Source: Desulfurococcales archaeon
GTDB taxonomy: Archaea; Thermoproteota; Thermoprotei_A; Sulfolobales; Ignisphaeraceae
Length of the DNA stretch: 64,000 nucleotides
Reading direction: 5' to 3'
Assembly: GCA_027066265.1 (NCBI GenBank)
Contig: JAMOOB010000490.1
Coordinates: 3,111 to 67,110, forward strand
The notes under the pieces are model-generated. The model saw only the letters and a list, made by a program, of their open reading frames with translations. It was not told where the DNA came from and ran no database searches. Positions within the stretch are counted from its first letter, which is position 1. Every line of letters starts with the position of its first letter. Shown in pieces: positions 28,970 to 37,800 of the stretch. Position numbers and translations under genes: made by a program.

Positions 28970-29362
28970 TTAGGCTAGCCCAAGGTTCCTGGCTACGTTC
29001 ATAACTATCTCGCTGATCTCGCGCATATGCTGAGCGAAGTGGTTCTTCTTGAGCTGTTCGGCTGGTAGTCCGCAGAACGGGCATCTGCCTGGCTCGAACC
29101 TCTTTACCTCGTTGTACGTGGCGAGGATCACCCTATCGACGAGCGGTCCGCGAAACACCAGCTTCTCCCTCATCCTGTGCAGAACGTTCATAGCCACCTT
29201 CCTAGCGCTGTGATCCGGAACGTTTCTGCCCATCGCGAGCGCTATAGCGTTGTCCAGAACCTTCGGTCTAACCACTCGGAGGTACGTCATGTACTTCACC
29301 AGCTCGGCAAGCGAGCGCGAGAGCACCTGCCTAACGAGCTGGCTCCTCGAGGTCAAGCTCAC
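28970..29362 (-). CDS. C2H2-type zinc-finger protein
   Basis: C-terminal GRCPFCGLPAEQLKKNHFAQHM (C-x2-C-x10-H-x3-H). Confidence 0.55.
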   Translation of the reverse strand: MSLTSRSQLVRQVLSRSLAELVKYMTYLRVVRPKVLDNAIALAMGRNVPDHSARKVAMNVLHRMREKLVFRGPLVDRVILATYNEVKRFEPGRCPFCGLPAEQLKKNHFAQHMREISEIVMNVARNLGLA

Positions 29363-29489
29363 CCTGTATCAAGGCTACACGCTGCAAGCAAGGAATATAA
29401 CCTCTTCACAGCGTGGAGCAGAGAAGAAGCGGAGAGGAAGAGAAAAAGGGGGTTTGGTTTAGGGACCTACGCTATCGCTATGGAACGGG

Positions 29490-29681
29490 CTAGAGACCGG
29501 CTGCGAGTGCTCTGAGCTCTTCTGGTACTCCACCGGTCTCGTGGGCTAGTCTGAGGTACTTGCTCATGCACTCCCTGTAGTTCATTCTGCCTGCTCTCGC
29601 TAGCTTGCTGCATAGGTGAGCTACTTCTGCGAATATTCTTCTCCACTCGGTTCCGCTTATTCTGACTGCCATACTTCTCAC
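29490..29681 (-). CDS. small hypothetical protein
   Basis: 63-aa ORF followed by a pyrimidine/T-tract terminator-like sequence. Confidence 0.4.
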   Translation of the reverse strand: MRSMAVRISGTEWRRIFAEVAHLCSKLARAGRMNYRECMSKYLRLAHETGGVPEELRALAAGL

Positions 29682-29760
29682 CTTCGTGTTGAGGGTGTGG
29701 GGTCCGGTCTTTTAAATGTAGCGCTCTATCCTCTGAAAAGCAGTTGAGCGGTTAGCTAAC

Positions 29761-30048
29761 CTACGTCTCCCTCTCCTCGACCTTCGTCACGATTGGACCG
29801 ACCTTGGTGATGACGAGGGTTGTTACCCCTAGCAGGAGCTTCGTCGGCTTCTCGATCGTTGTGTAGAGCTTGCCCTCCAGGTAGTAGTTGGTGATCAGCC
29901 TCGTTGCGTAGGTATAGATCCTGCTGGTGATCCTGGTCAGGTAGGTGATTATCTTGGTCGTTATGTGCTTGGTGACGTGCTTGGTGATTACTCTGGTGGC
30001 TATAGCCCTGTCGAGGTCTACGATGTAGCTCGTGGTGTACCTAACCAT
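29761..30048 (-). CDS. tetrad-repeat family protein
   Basis: IATRVITKHVTKHITTKIITYLTRITSRIYTYATRLITNYY. Confidence 0.5.
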   Translation of the reverse strand: MVRYTTSYIVDLDRAIATRVITKHVTKHITTKIITYLTRITSRIYTYATRLITNYYLEGKLYTTIEKPTKLLLGVTTLVITKVGPIVTKVEERET

Positions 30049-30106
30049 CCTTCCAGCACCTCTCGTGTATGCATGGACGCGAGGAGATATCTAGGTAGCG
30101 GGTATG

Positions 30107-30355
30107 CTATGCTCTGATCCTCCGCATGATGCTCTCGAGCCTCCTCAAAACATCTCTCTGCACAGCTGCCGCCCTATCCGCGAAGAGGCTGGTTATAGCC
30201 GTGACGACGACGGTTACGGTACGCGTCCTGCCGTGCCTATCCCTAACCGTGTACACCGTGAACAGCTTCGTTACCACGCCCACGCGCTTCGTTACGTGCC
30301 TCGTGATGACGTTGGTTACGAACTTCGTTATGTACAGCGTCGGTACGCGGCTCAT
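30107..30355 (-). CDS. tetrad-repeat family protein
   Basis: LYITKFVTNVITRHVTKRVGVVTK. Confidence 0.5.
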   Translation of the reverse strand: MSRVPTLYITKFVTNVITRHVTKRVGVVTKLFTVYTVRDRHGRTRTVTVVVTAITSLFADRAAAVQRDVLRRLESIMRRIRA

Positions 30356-30744
30356 CCTCTCACTCTCATGGTGAGCGCGGCTATGATCAGGGTTATGACT
30401 ATAGCTATGGCGAACAGCGTCGTGTTCGACACGATCCTCAGTATGCCTAGACCTATCGGCAGCGCCTCGCTCTCCATCCTCTGGAGAACGCTGTTGTTGG
30501 GTACGGGGATCTCGGCGGTGTAGTTACCTACCTGTATCGTCTGCGCGTTCTCCGGGTAGCCGAGGCTCGTCATCGCGACCCCGTGGAACCAGGCGGTGGT
30601 GTTGAGGATGAGCGAGACCCCGTAGGTGATCAGGTTCACGATGTAGCTGATAGCGAGAGCAAGAACTATCCCCGCAATCACGAGGGTTGCTATTGTCCAG
30701 CCCCTACCCTCGTCTCCGCCGAACAGCAGCGACACTCTTACCAC
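30352..30744 (-). CDS. membrane protein
   Basis: 130-aa ORF with TM segments near both ends and a 4-nt overlap with the downstream gene. Confidence 0.55.
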   Translation of the reverse strand: MVRVSLLFGGDEGRGWTIATLVIAGIVLALAISYIVNLITYGVSLILNTTAWFHGVAMTSLGYPENAQTIQVGNYTAEIPVPNNSVLQRMESEALPIGLGILRIVSNTTLFAIAIVITLIIAALTMRVRG

Positions 30745-30760
30745 CAGTCTATGCCGGGGT

Positions 30761-31540
30761 CTACGACGCTATTATCGGTATATCGGCCTCCAGCACGAGC
30801 CTCGATCTACCGAGGAACCCTCTCGACGCCGCTACCCTCACGGTCTTCGTACCGAGCTTGACTAGCTCGCCTATCGGAGCCGCTGCGTAGGCTGTAGCTA
30901 ACGGTATGTCAACGACTACTACTGGTCCCTTCCCGGTGTGTACAACCCTAATCGGCTTGAACTCGGATAGCCTCGGAATGGCGCCCCTCTTAACGAGCTC
31001 TCTAACAACGTTTACGAGCTCCTGTGCGGCGTGGTACGTCGGTGTCCCCTTGATCGCGCTCTCTATCTCTCCTAGCCTATCGTTCAGCTCCTCCATCAGA
31101 ACCCTCGCCGCGTTCCTCCAGTCCATCGGTGCTCGACCGAGCTTCCTCACCACAGCTGCGGCTGTGTAGCACGCGAACTCGGCTACGGCGCGCAGCAGCC
31201 TGTCGATAAGCCTCTTCCTCTCGCTCGGAAGAGCAGCTCCTTCGGCGGCAGCTAGGAGAGCTCCGTAGATGGCTAGGTACGCCGGGGAGACTAGAACGCG
31301 CTTCCCAGCGACGTCGGGACAGATCCACTTCCTGCACCTCCCCTCCGTATCCAGATCGAGAGCGAGGTCGACGCCGAAGAGCTCCTCGATACGCTTCCTC
31401 AGTATGTTCGCAAACGTGTCCAGCACACGGTGGTACGCCTCGAACGGATTCACAAAGCCGGTAGCAGCGCTACTGCTGCTACCACCAACAATCTCCTCGG
31501 TGACCACAACCTGGGGCTGCACCTGCTGAGCCTGCGACAT
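30761..31540 (-). CDS. hypothetical protein
   Basis: Start trimmed to ATG 31540 (GGGGTTTGGGGTGGATAC-ATG). The longest ORF extends to 31597. Confidence 0.55.
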   Translation of the reverse strand: MSQAQQVQPQVVVTEEIVGGSSSSAATGFVNPFEAYHRVLDTFANILRKRIEELFGVDLALDLDTEGRCRKWICPDVAGKRVLVSPAYLAIYGALLAAAEGAALPSERKRLIDRLLRAVAEFACYTAAAVVRKLGRAPMDWRNAARVLMEELNDRLGEIESAIKGTPTYHAAQELVNVVRELVKRGAIPRLSEFKPIRVVHTGKGPVVVVDIPLATAYAAAPIGELVKLGTKTVRVAASRGFLGRSRLVLEADIPIIAS

Positions 31541-31621
31541 GTATCCACCCCAAACCCCGCTCCCAGCAAAACAATATAAGCGTAGCCTAGAACGCACAAA
31601 CGATGCGTGCCGCGTCTATGC

Positions 31622-31633
31622 CCACAGCTGTGG
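31622..31633. promoter_or_regulatory. CCACAGCTGTGG palindrome (perfect)
   Basis: Intergenic, upstream of gene 30761..31540. Confidence 0.7.
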
Positions 31634-31671
31634 TCAGGAAAAAGGTGTAGGTGTGTACCCGAGGTGAACGG

Positions 31672-32037
31672 TTATCCAGGCTTAACCACTATGTCAACGC
31701 CGTGACGCTTCAGGCATTCCAACCACTCCTCGTCTTTGTTCCTCAGCTCGAAGCCCGATGGAGTCTCTATCCAGTCCGCACCAACCTCCTCAGCACACTT
31801 GATGAAGAACTCCCTGAGCCTGTTGTACTCGCTCTCCGGAAGCACACCGAGGTAGAACGCGCTACCGCTCTTCTCGGTGCTCTGGCTCGAAGCACTGACT
31901 ACCTCGGGCTGGATCACCCTATACTTCTCAACATTTACCTTCCTGTAGCATCTAGGGCACGTTGCGTATCTAGCCCTACCCCTGTACTCCCATTCATGAC
32001 CACATCTAGGGCATCTCACACGAACCATGCTAGCCAC
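31672..32037 (-). CDS. zinc-ribbon protein
   Basis: N-terminal VRCPRCGHEWEYRGRARYATCPRCYRKV (two CxxC pairs). Confidence 0.65.
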   Translation of the reverse strand: MASMVRVRCPRCGHEWEYRGRARYATCPRCYRKVNVEKYRVIQPEVVSASSQSTEKSGSAFYLGVLPESEYNRLREFFIKCAEEVGADWIETPSGFELRNKDEEWLECLKRHGVDIVVKPG

Positions 32038-32228
32038 CTACCACCCACTACCTACTACCCACCACCTACTAGCCACCCACTACTCACTACCCACTACCTA
32101 CCAGTTTAAATACTCACTACCTACTCACTAGCTACTAGCTACCCACTACTCACTACCTACTAGCTACCCACCTACCCACCACTACCTACCTATCTACCTA
32201 CCTCCCTACCTACTCCAAGAAGCCTTAC
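32038..32228. repeat. G-depleted (CTAC/CCAC)n low-complexity tract
   Basis: About 190 bp built from CTAC, CCAC and CTACC units with very few G on the plus strand. TTTAAATA at 32105-32112 in the middle. Bounded by ATG 32037 (minus gene) and the palindrome at 32229. Confidence 0.7.
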
Positions 32229-32240
32229 CCACAGCTGTGG
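32229..32240. promoter_or_regulatory. CCACAGCTGTGG palindrome (perfect)
   Basis: In the divergent region between 31672..32037 (minus) and 32365..33348 (plus). Confidence 0.7.
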
Positions 32241-32364
32241 TATAGAGGGAGGAGTCGGAGGAGTCGTTTTAGCTCTGCTCTATGTAGTATCGGTATGGAG
32301 GAGCTCAAGCGTAGAATTGAACGGCTGGAGAGCATTGTTAGCAACCTTATCAGAGGTGGTGTAG

Positions 32365-33348
32365 GTGCCTCCGAAGGGGAGTAGATCCATCGTTGTATCT
32401 CGAGAGATCTACGATACGTTGTCTGAGATGGCTAGGAAGCTCGGCTTTAGAACCGTTGCCGAACTGCTTACGCATTTAGCAACGCTCTACAGAGCTATGG
32501 GCGAGACGTTCTTGCATACGCTAATCGGTACCGCCTTGGGTACCCAAGGTGGTACCCAAATCGGTACCCAAGTGGGTACGCAAGGCGGTATCCAAATCGG
32601 TACCGATGGACGTACGCTCATCGGTACCCAAGGCGGTACGCACGTGGGTACCCAAGTGGGTACCGATGGTGGTACCCAAGTGGGTACCACCTTGGGTACG
32701 CATGGTGGTACCCAAATCGGTACCGATGCTGGGGCTCTGAAGAGGTTGATGGATGAGGTTCTGAAGGTGTGTCTAAGGAGATGCCAGGATATGGTGAATC
32801 CGTTTACGGCTAAGATCGACGAGAGTGCTAGGAGGCTAGCTGAGCTCTACGAGGCGGTTCAGAGCCTTGCTACGAAGATAGATATGCTTAGCCAGAGCGG
32901 CACTGCTACACAGTTCGCTTCACATCAGTCTACGCAGGTAGGGGGATCTACGCAGCCTTCTGCTACATCGAGATCCTCTGGTAAGCGCCAGAGGAAGTCG
33001 GCTTGGGATATACTAGTCGAGCAGAAGGTTCTGTTCGAATCGGAGCTGGCGAAGAGGAGGGATAAGGATACGAGGGATAGGATATTCTCTAGCCTGAGAA
33101 AGCAGGGTGCAGTAGTCCTGGAGCTCAAGAACGAGCGTGTTGCTATAGAACCGCTGTTCTGGGACGAGTTCGTCAATAAGCTTAGCGAGATACGAACAGC
33201 AGACGAGGAAGAGGTGCGGAAGATCCTCGATCCGCTACAGTTCACACTCTTTCAAAAGCTCAGAGAATCAGGGCTACTCTACTTTGATGGAATCAACAAG
33301 AGATGGAGTCTAACGGAAGAAATCGGAAGATACTCTGAAGAAACATAG
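32365..33348 (+). CDS. ribbon-helix-helix-like DNA-binding protein with 17 x-x-G-T tetrad repeats
   Basis: GTG start. SIVVSREIYDTLSEMARKLGFRTVAELLTHL is RHH-like. Then LIGTALGTQGGTQIGTQVGTQ... and a coiled-coil/basic C-terminal half. Confidence 0.6.
   Translation: MPPKGSRSIVVSREIYDTLSEMARKLGFRTVAELLTHLATLYRAMGETFLHTLIGTALGTQGGTQIGTQVGTQGGIQIGTDGRTLIGTQGGTHVGTQVGTDGGTQVGTTLGTHGGTQIGTDAGALKRLMDEVLKVCLRRCQDMVNPFTAKIDESARRLAELYEAVQSLATKIDMLSQSGTATQFASHQSTQVGGSTQPSATSRSSGKRQRKSAWDILVEQKVLFESELAKRRDKDTRDRIFSSLRKQGAVVLELKNERVAIEPLFWDEFVNKLSEIRTADEEEVRKILDPLQFTLFQKLRESGLLYFDGINKRWSLTEEIGRYSEET
32521..32733 (+). repeat. 17 tandem 12-nt repeats (GGTACCCAAGTG-like) inside a CDS
   Basis: GGTACC recurs every 12 nt and encodes x-x-G-T tetrads. 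Confidence 0.8.
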
Positions 33349-33360
33349 CCACAGCTGTGG
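33349..33360. promoter_or_regulatory. CCACAGCTGTGG palindrome (perfect)
   Basis: Starts immediately after the TAG stop (33346-33348) of the RHH gene, in a convergent junction. Confidence 0.7.
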
Positions 33361-33386
33361 TGACAAAGTGTGAGGAGCGGTGAGTG

Positions 33387-33836
33387 CTAGGGCACGTTCT
33401 TGAGGAGCGCAACTATCTTTGGTATGAGTATGCTTGCCTTGTCTACGTTTGTAATAATATCGATCTTCATGCGCAGCACGCTATGCGGCTCGTTACCTAT
33501 GACAAGATGTATCACCTGGGCTCCCTGCGATCTCCTGGTATGCGACATGTAGACGGTAAGCGATACGGGGTGCCCGAACGGGCTCTTCTTTGCTTCTAGC
33601 CATAGATAGACCCTCTCGTTTCCTAGGATAGCCTCTACCTTTGGGGAGCTCCACGAGAACCCGCTCGGCTTAGAGAATAGCCTTCTGATAGCCGCGAAGA
33701 GACTCTGCGTAAGCTCCTCAAGAAGCTTAGCACCGTACTCGAACCCAGCATCAGCACCACGAAGCATCGCGCTCGTCTTGGTGGAGCTCCTCCTATCCAC
33801 AGCACTAGGCATGGAAACCCCTAGCGCTGCACGCAT
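33387..33836 (-). CDS. hypothetical protein
   Basis: 149-aa ORF. Alternative start ATG 33812 (GGGGTTTCC-ATG). Upstream CGCTACGCATATAT box shared with 33907..34377. Confidence 0.5.
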   Translation of the reverse strand: MRAALGVSMPSAVDRRSSTKTSAMLRGADAGFEYGAKLLEELTQSLFAAIRRLFSKPSGFSWSSPKVEAILGNERVYLWLEAKKSPFGHPVSLTVYMSHTRRSQGAQVIHLVIGNEPHSVLRMKIDIITNVDKASILIPKIVALLKNVP

Positions 33837-33906
33837 CTAAGAGGATATATGCGTAGCGAAGGAGAGTATGCTTTGTCCACAGCTGCGGGATAAGAAAAAG
33901 GTTTGG

Positions 33907-34377
33907 CTACGGGTAGAGGTCTACCCTTCGTATCTCTATACCGTGCTCTGGAAGCACCTTCTGCGCCGCTAGGAAGAGACTGCCGTACTGCTTTACCTGG
34001 GGTAGGAGCTCGCTTAGCAGCTTCTCGTACTCCTGCTTCGTCAGCTCGTCGAGCGGTGCCTTGACGAAGAGCACCGCTACATCTCCTTCGACGCTATCGT
34101 GTATCACTAGAGCTCCGTGAAGCCCTGTATCTACAACAGATTCTGTATCTCCATCACCGGAAACGACGCGGAGATAGAACCTGCCCTCATCATCGACTCT
34201 ACAGCTCCGCTTCGTATCCTCTAAGCACCACCTCTTCAATGCGTCTCTCAGAACATCGAATATCGTGTATCTAGCCCTGACGTAGTCTACCCTGGTCCTT
34301 GACAACGAAGCGCCAGTGCTTCTCCTAGCCGCTTTACGAGGCATCCAACCACCGTTCAGCGCTACGCGAAGAAACAT
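33907..34377 (-). CDS. hypothetical protein
   Basis: 156-aa ORF. Alternative start ATG 34344. Shares the upstream promoter box and has a perfect palindrome at 34406. Confidence 0.5.
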   Translation of the reverse strand: MFLRVALNGGWMPRKAARRSTGASLSRTRVDYVRARYTIFDVLRDALKRWCLEDTKRSCRVDDEGRFYLRVVSGDGDTESVVDTGLHGALVIHDSVEGDVAVLFVKAPLDELTKQEYEKLLSELLPQVKQYGSLFLAAQKVLPEHGIEIRRVDLYP

Positions 34378-34405
34378 ATATGCGTAGCGAAAAAGAGCTC
34401 TGTAT

Positions 34406-34417
34406 CCACAGCTGTGG
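34406..34417. promoter_or_regulatory. CCACAGCTGTGG palindrome (perfect)
   Basis: Intergenic, upstream of the CGCTACGCATATAT box of 33907..34377. Confidence 0.7.
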
Positions 34418-34424
34418 CTACGGT

Positions 34425-34856
34425 TTACTCTGGCGGCATTATCCCTAGCTTTACGGCTAGGTAGTAGGCTATCGATGCTCCTAGAAGCGTGGATACGACC
34501 GACTGCAGAGCCATGGACGCTGTTGGCGGTATCGGTAGGCTGGACAGAACGGCTAGGACAACGGTTGTTATCCCCGAGACCGCGGGTAGGAAAAGCGATA
34601 GGTATACCGTTACACCCGCTAGCTTCCCCAGCCTGGGCATGAACACCGAGACCACTCCGCTCACCTTCCCGAGGGCGCCCAGGATGATGCTCGTTAGACC
34701 CACTATCGGCAGCAGAGCGGACATCCTAGCCATCGCGGGGTGGATGGGGAAGCCCAGGGACGTTAGCACGATGCTCATCAACGTAGCCAGTATGAAGGTC
34801 GCTATACCGAACTGAAACGCGAACCTTCCGATCGAGACGAATATCGCCGACGCCAC
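34425..34856 (-). CDS. membrane protein (about 4 TM)
   Basis: 143-aa hydrophobic ORF abutting the stop of the 1403-aa gene. Confidence 0.55.
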   Translation of the reverse strand: MASAIFVSIGRFAFQFGIATFILATLMSIVLTSLGFPIHPAMARMSALLPIVGLTSIILGALGKVSGVVSVFMPRLGKLAGVTVYLSLFLPAVSGITTVVLAVLSSLPIPPTASMALQSVVSTLLGASIAYYLAVKLGIMPPE

Positions 34857-37800
34857 TAGAGCACCACCCGCTCGCCCACCCTACCCTTCCTCCATACCCT
34901 TCTTATCCTCGGCACAGCCGCGACCATAGGTAGGCTAGGCGGTCTCGAAACCCTCCTCACCCTGGGCAGCCTTCTCCACGACAGCCACACCTCGTCTAGA
35001 ACCGGAACAACCTCCGTAACCTCCTCGAGAACCGGCTGAGTAACGACAACTACGACTCCCTGCGTAGACTCCTCGGTGCCTACGCTCGTGCACCTGCTGA
35101 GCTCGGTGAGAGACGTTGACCTCGTCGTTGTGCTCACCTTCTGCGTATCTGTAACCTCCCTGTTGACCACCTCGAGCTCTATATCCGTTGTCTCCTCCCT
35201 CGGTATAGACGTGCTCCTGCTCTGATCGATCGGCGATACCGTTGACCGCCTCCTGCGGAACACAACGACGTCCGGTCTGACAATCGTTGCAACGATATCT
35301 ATATCCCTCTCCACCAGCTTGCTTCCATACCTCCTCAGCTCATCTGCAAGCTCAACGACTAGGCGCCTAGCGAGCCTATCGTACCTAGCATCGTCTACCA
35401 TCTTGACCAGCCTCTCGGCAACAACCTTGATATCTCTTTTGCTAGCCACATCCTTCTCCACAGCTGTGGACTCAGACCTTGACTCCACCTCGCTTAGACC
35501 GAGAGTGCTCCTAAGGATCTCATCCACCGTCTTCTCATGCTTCTCGGCGACGACGCTGATGCTCCTCCTCGTCTCCACATCCTCATCGATGCTACGCTCC
35601 TTAGCGAGCTTCGTAAGCCTATCGATGCCCAGCGTCTGCTTGACTACCCTATCGATAGACTTCAGATGCTTTTCGGCAACAACATTGATGCTGCGATCCG
35701 TCTCCGCAGCTGTAGGTAGCTCGCTCTCCTTAGTGAGCCTCTCGCGCTCTAGCATCGGCAGGGTCTTCCTCAAGACCTCGTCTACCTGCTTCAGACGCTT
35801 CTCGGCAACAACATCGATGTTCCTCTTGGTCTCCACAGAAGCGTCCAGCTCTCGCTCCTTAGCAAGATGCTTCCTCTCGGTCAGCCTCTGCGTCTCTCTA
35901 AGAACCTCGTCAACGGTTTTGAGGTGCTTCTCAGCAACAACGCTGATAGTCCTCTTGGTCTCGACCTCTTCACCAACGTTGTTCTCTCTAGACAGCTTGG
36001 TGATGCGGTCTATGTCCTGTCTATGCCTGAGAACCTCGTCAACGGTCTTCAGATGCCTCTCGGCAACTACGTGGATATCTCTCCTGGTGGTGACGTCTGC
36101 GCTGAGAGACGTCTCTTTGCTGAGCTTCGTACGCTGCGTCTCTCTGAGTATATGCCTAACTACTCTGTCTAGAACCTGGGTCATGACCGTTCCTACAACG
36201 TTTATCGCCGTATCTATCCTAGCGATAGCGTTGAGAACCCTGTACCTCGCCTCCTGCATCGGCAGGGTCTCGCTCATGGATGTAGAGGTAATGGTCTCGG
36301 CGGTAACGACCCTGTTCACGACCCTGTTGATCGATAGGAGCAGACTCTTCAGCTGAGCGAGATCGATAATCGTCTTCTGCAGGTAGTCGGCTAGCTGCTG
36401 AAGACCCTCGTCCTGAAGCTCCTCCGCGGCGGTCTCGATGCTCTGCTTGGCTTGCTGGAGCTCCGCTATAACCCTATCGATATCGATCCTCTTACCGACC
36501 TCCAGGCTGATGCCGTACTGCTTCAGAGCCTCCGCAACGCTCTTCAGCTCCTGCATAGCTACGGCGCTCCTACCGACAGCCTCACCAACCTTCTCGCCCC
36601 TCTCCGCGCGCTGTATCGCGCTCTCTATCTGGCTCGGCGTGGCGGCTACAACGCCGAGGATTGTAACCGTGGTTCCCTCCGGATCGCTCACCGGCATAGG
36701 TACGACAACAGATCCCCTACGCGTTGTGGTAACCATGGACTCCAGGAGCTTTCCTAGCTCCACCGCGGTCTCGGGCTCGGTCTTAGCCGCGGTCTCGACG
36801 ATCTGCTTCACGTACTGGGCAGCCTCGTCGAGCCTACGCTTCGTGACGGCGTCCACGAACTTCCTGAAGTACGGCTCTATCTCTCTCCACAGATCCCTCG
36901 ATATCATCACCTTCTGCCTGATCGTGTAGTAGATGTCGCCGACCTCTCCGCTCGGCTTCGTTTCGGCAACGACTCTCTGAACCATCGTCGAGACGATCCT
37001 GTCGTCGACGCTCCTCCCTGTTACGTACTTCAGCAGCTCGGCTATCCTCCCCCTGCCCACAGCTACGGTAACGACCCTCCCCTCAGCCGGCTTGATCAGA
37101 AGCGTCGACTCCTCGAGGAACACAGGGTACGGCGCCGAGAGAGCCTCCTCAACAGCCTTAGCGTTCGTTATCCTGAGATCGTCTAGGTGCTGCTCGAGCC
37201 ACCTAACGACATCCCTCATCTGCTTGAGCACGCCCCTCTCCTTGAGGACCCTGTAGAGCGCTACGGACAGCGGTATGTTCTCCTTCTTGGCGAGCTCGTC
37301 GGCAGCCTCGATAAGCTTGGGGTCTAGCCACACCCTGGGCGCAGCTGTGGGATCGGCCGGTATCTGGAACCTCAGTATCCTTCCGTCTACAGCCACCTCG
37401 AGATCGATGAACTTATCGCTCTTCGCAGGTATAGCGACGGTCTTGACCTTGGTTCCGCTGATGTAGATCGGTCTACCGCTCCTAATCGCGTCCTCTAGAG
37501 CCTGGAGGAACTCCATCTGGCTCCTCGTTTCGAGAGGTATCTGGTAGACGATCTCGAGGAGGTTCTGGATCTCCTCCGGCTTGAGGTTCCTCTTCGCTAT
37601 GTACGCAAGGATCTGGTGAGCAGCGTAGTTCTCGTCACCGACCTTAACGACGCGCGACAGCTTCATCGCCGCGTTCTTCAGCATCTCTACGGGTATCTTG
37701 GCGTAGGGCTTGATCTTACCCGCCTCCTCGTAGAATATCACAACGTATGTCCTCCCCGTGCTCGGGTCGTAAACCGTGTCGAAGAACTTCGTCTCGACTC

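Noticed and set aside
32521-32733. 12-nt GGTACC tandem repeat as a non-coding satellite or CRISPR-like array
   Set aside because: It is in frame within a continuous 327-aa ORF with sensible flanking domains. The overlapping ORFs in other frames are repeat artefacts.
35319-36356. 345-aa plus-strand S/L/T-rich ORF
   Set aside because: It is antisense to the tandem-repeat region of the 1403-aa gene. Its periodic low-complexity sequence simply mirrors the 129-nt repeats.
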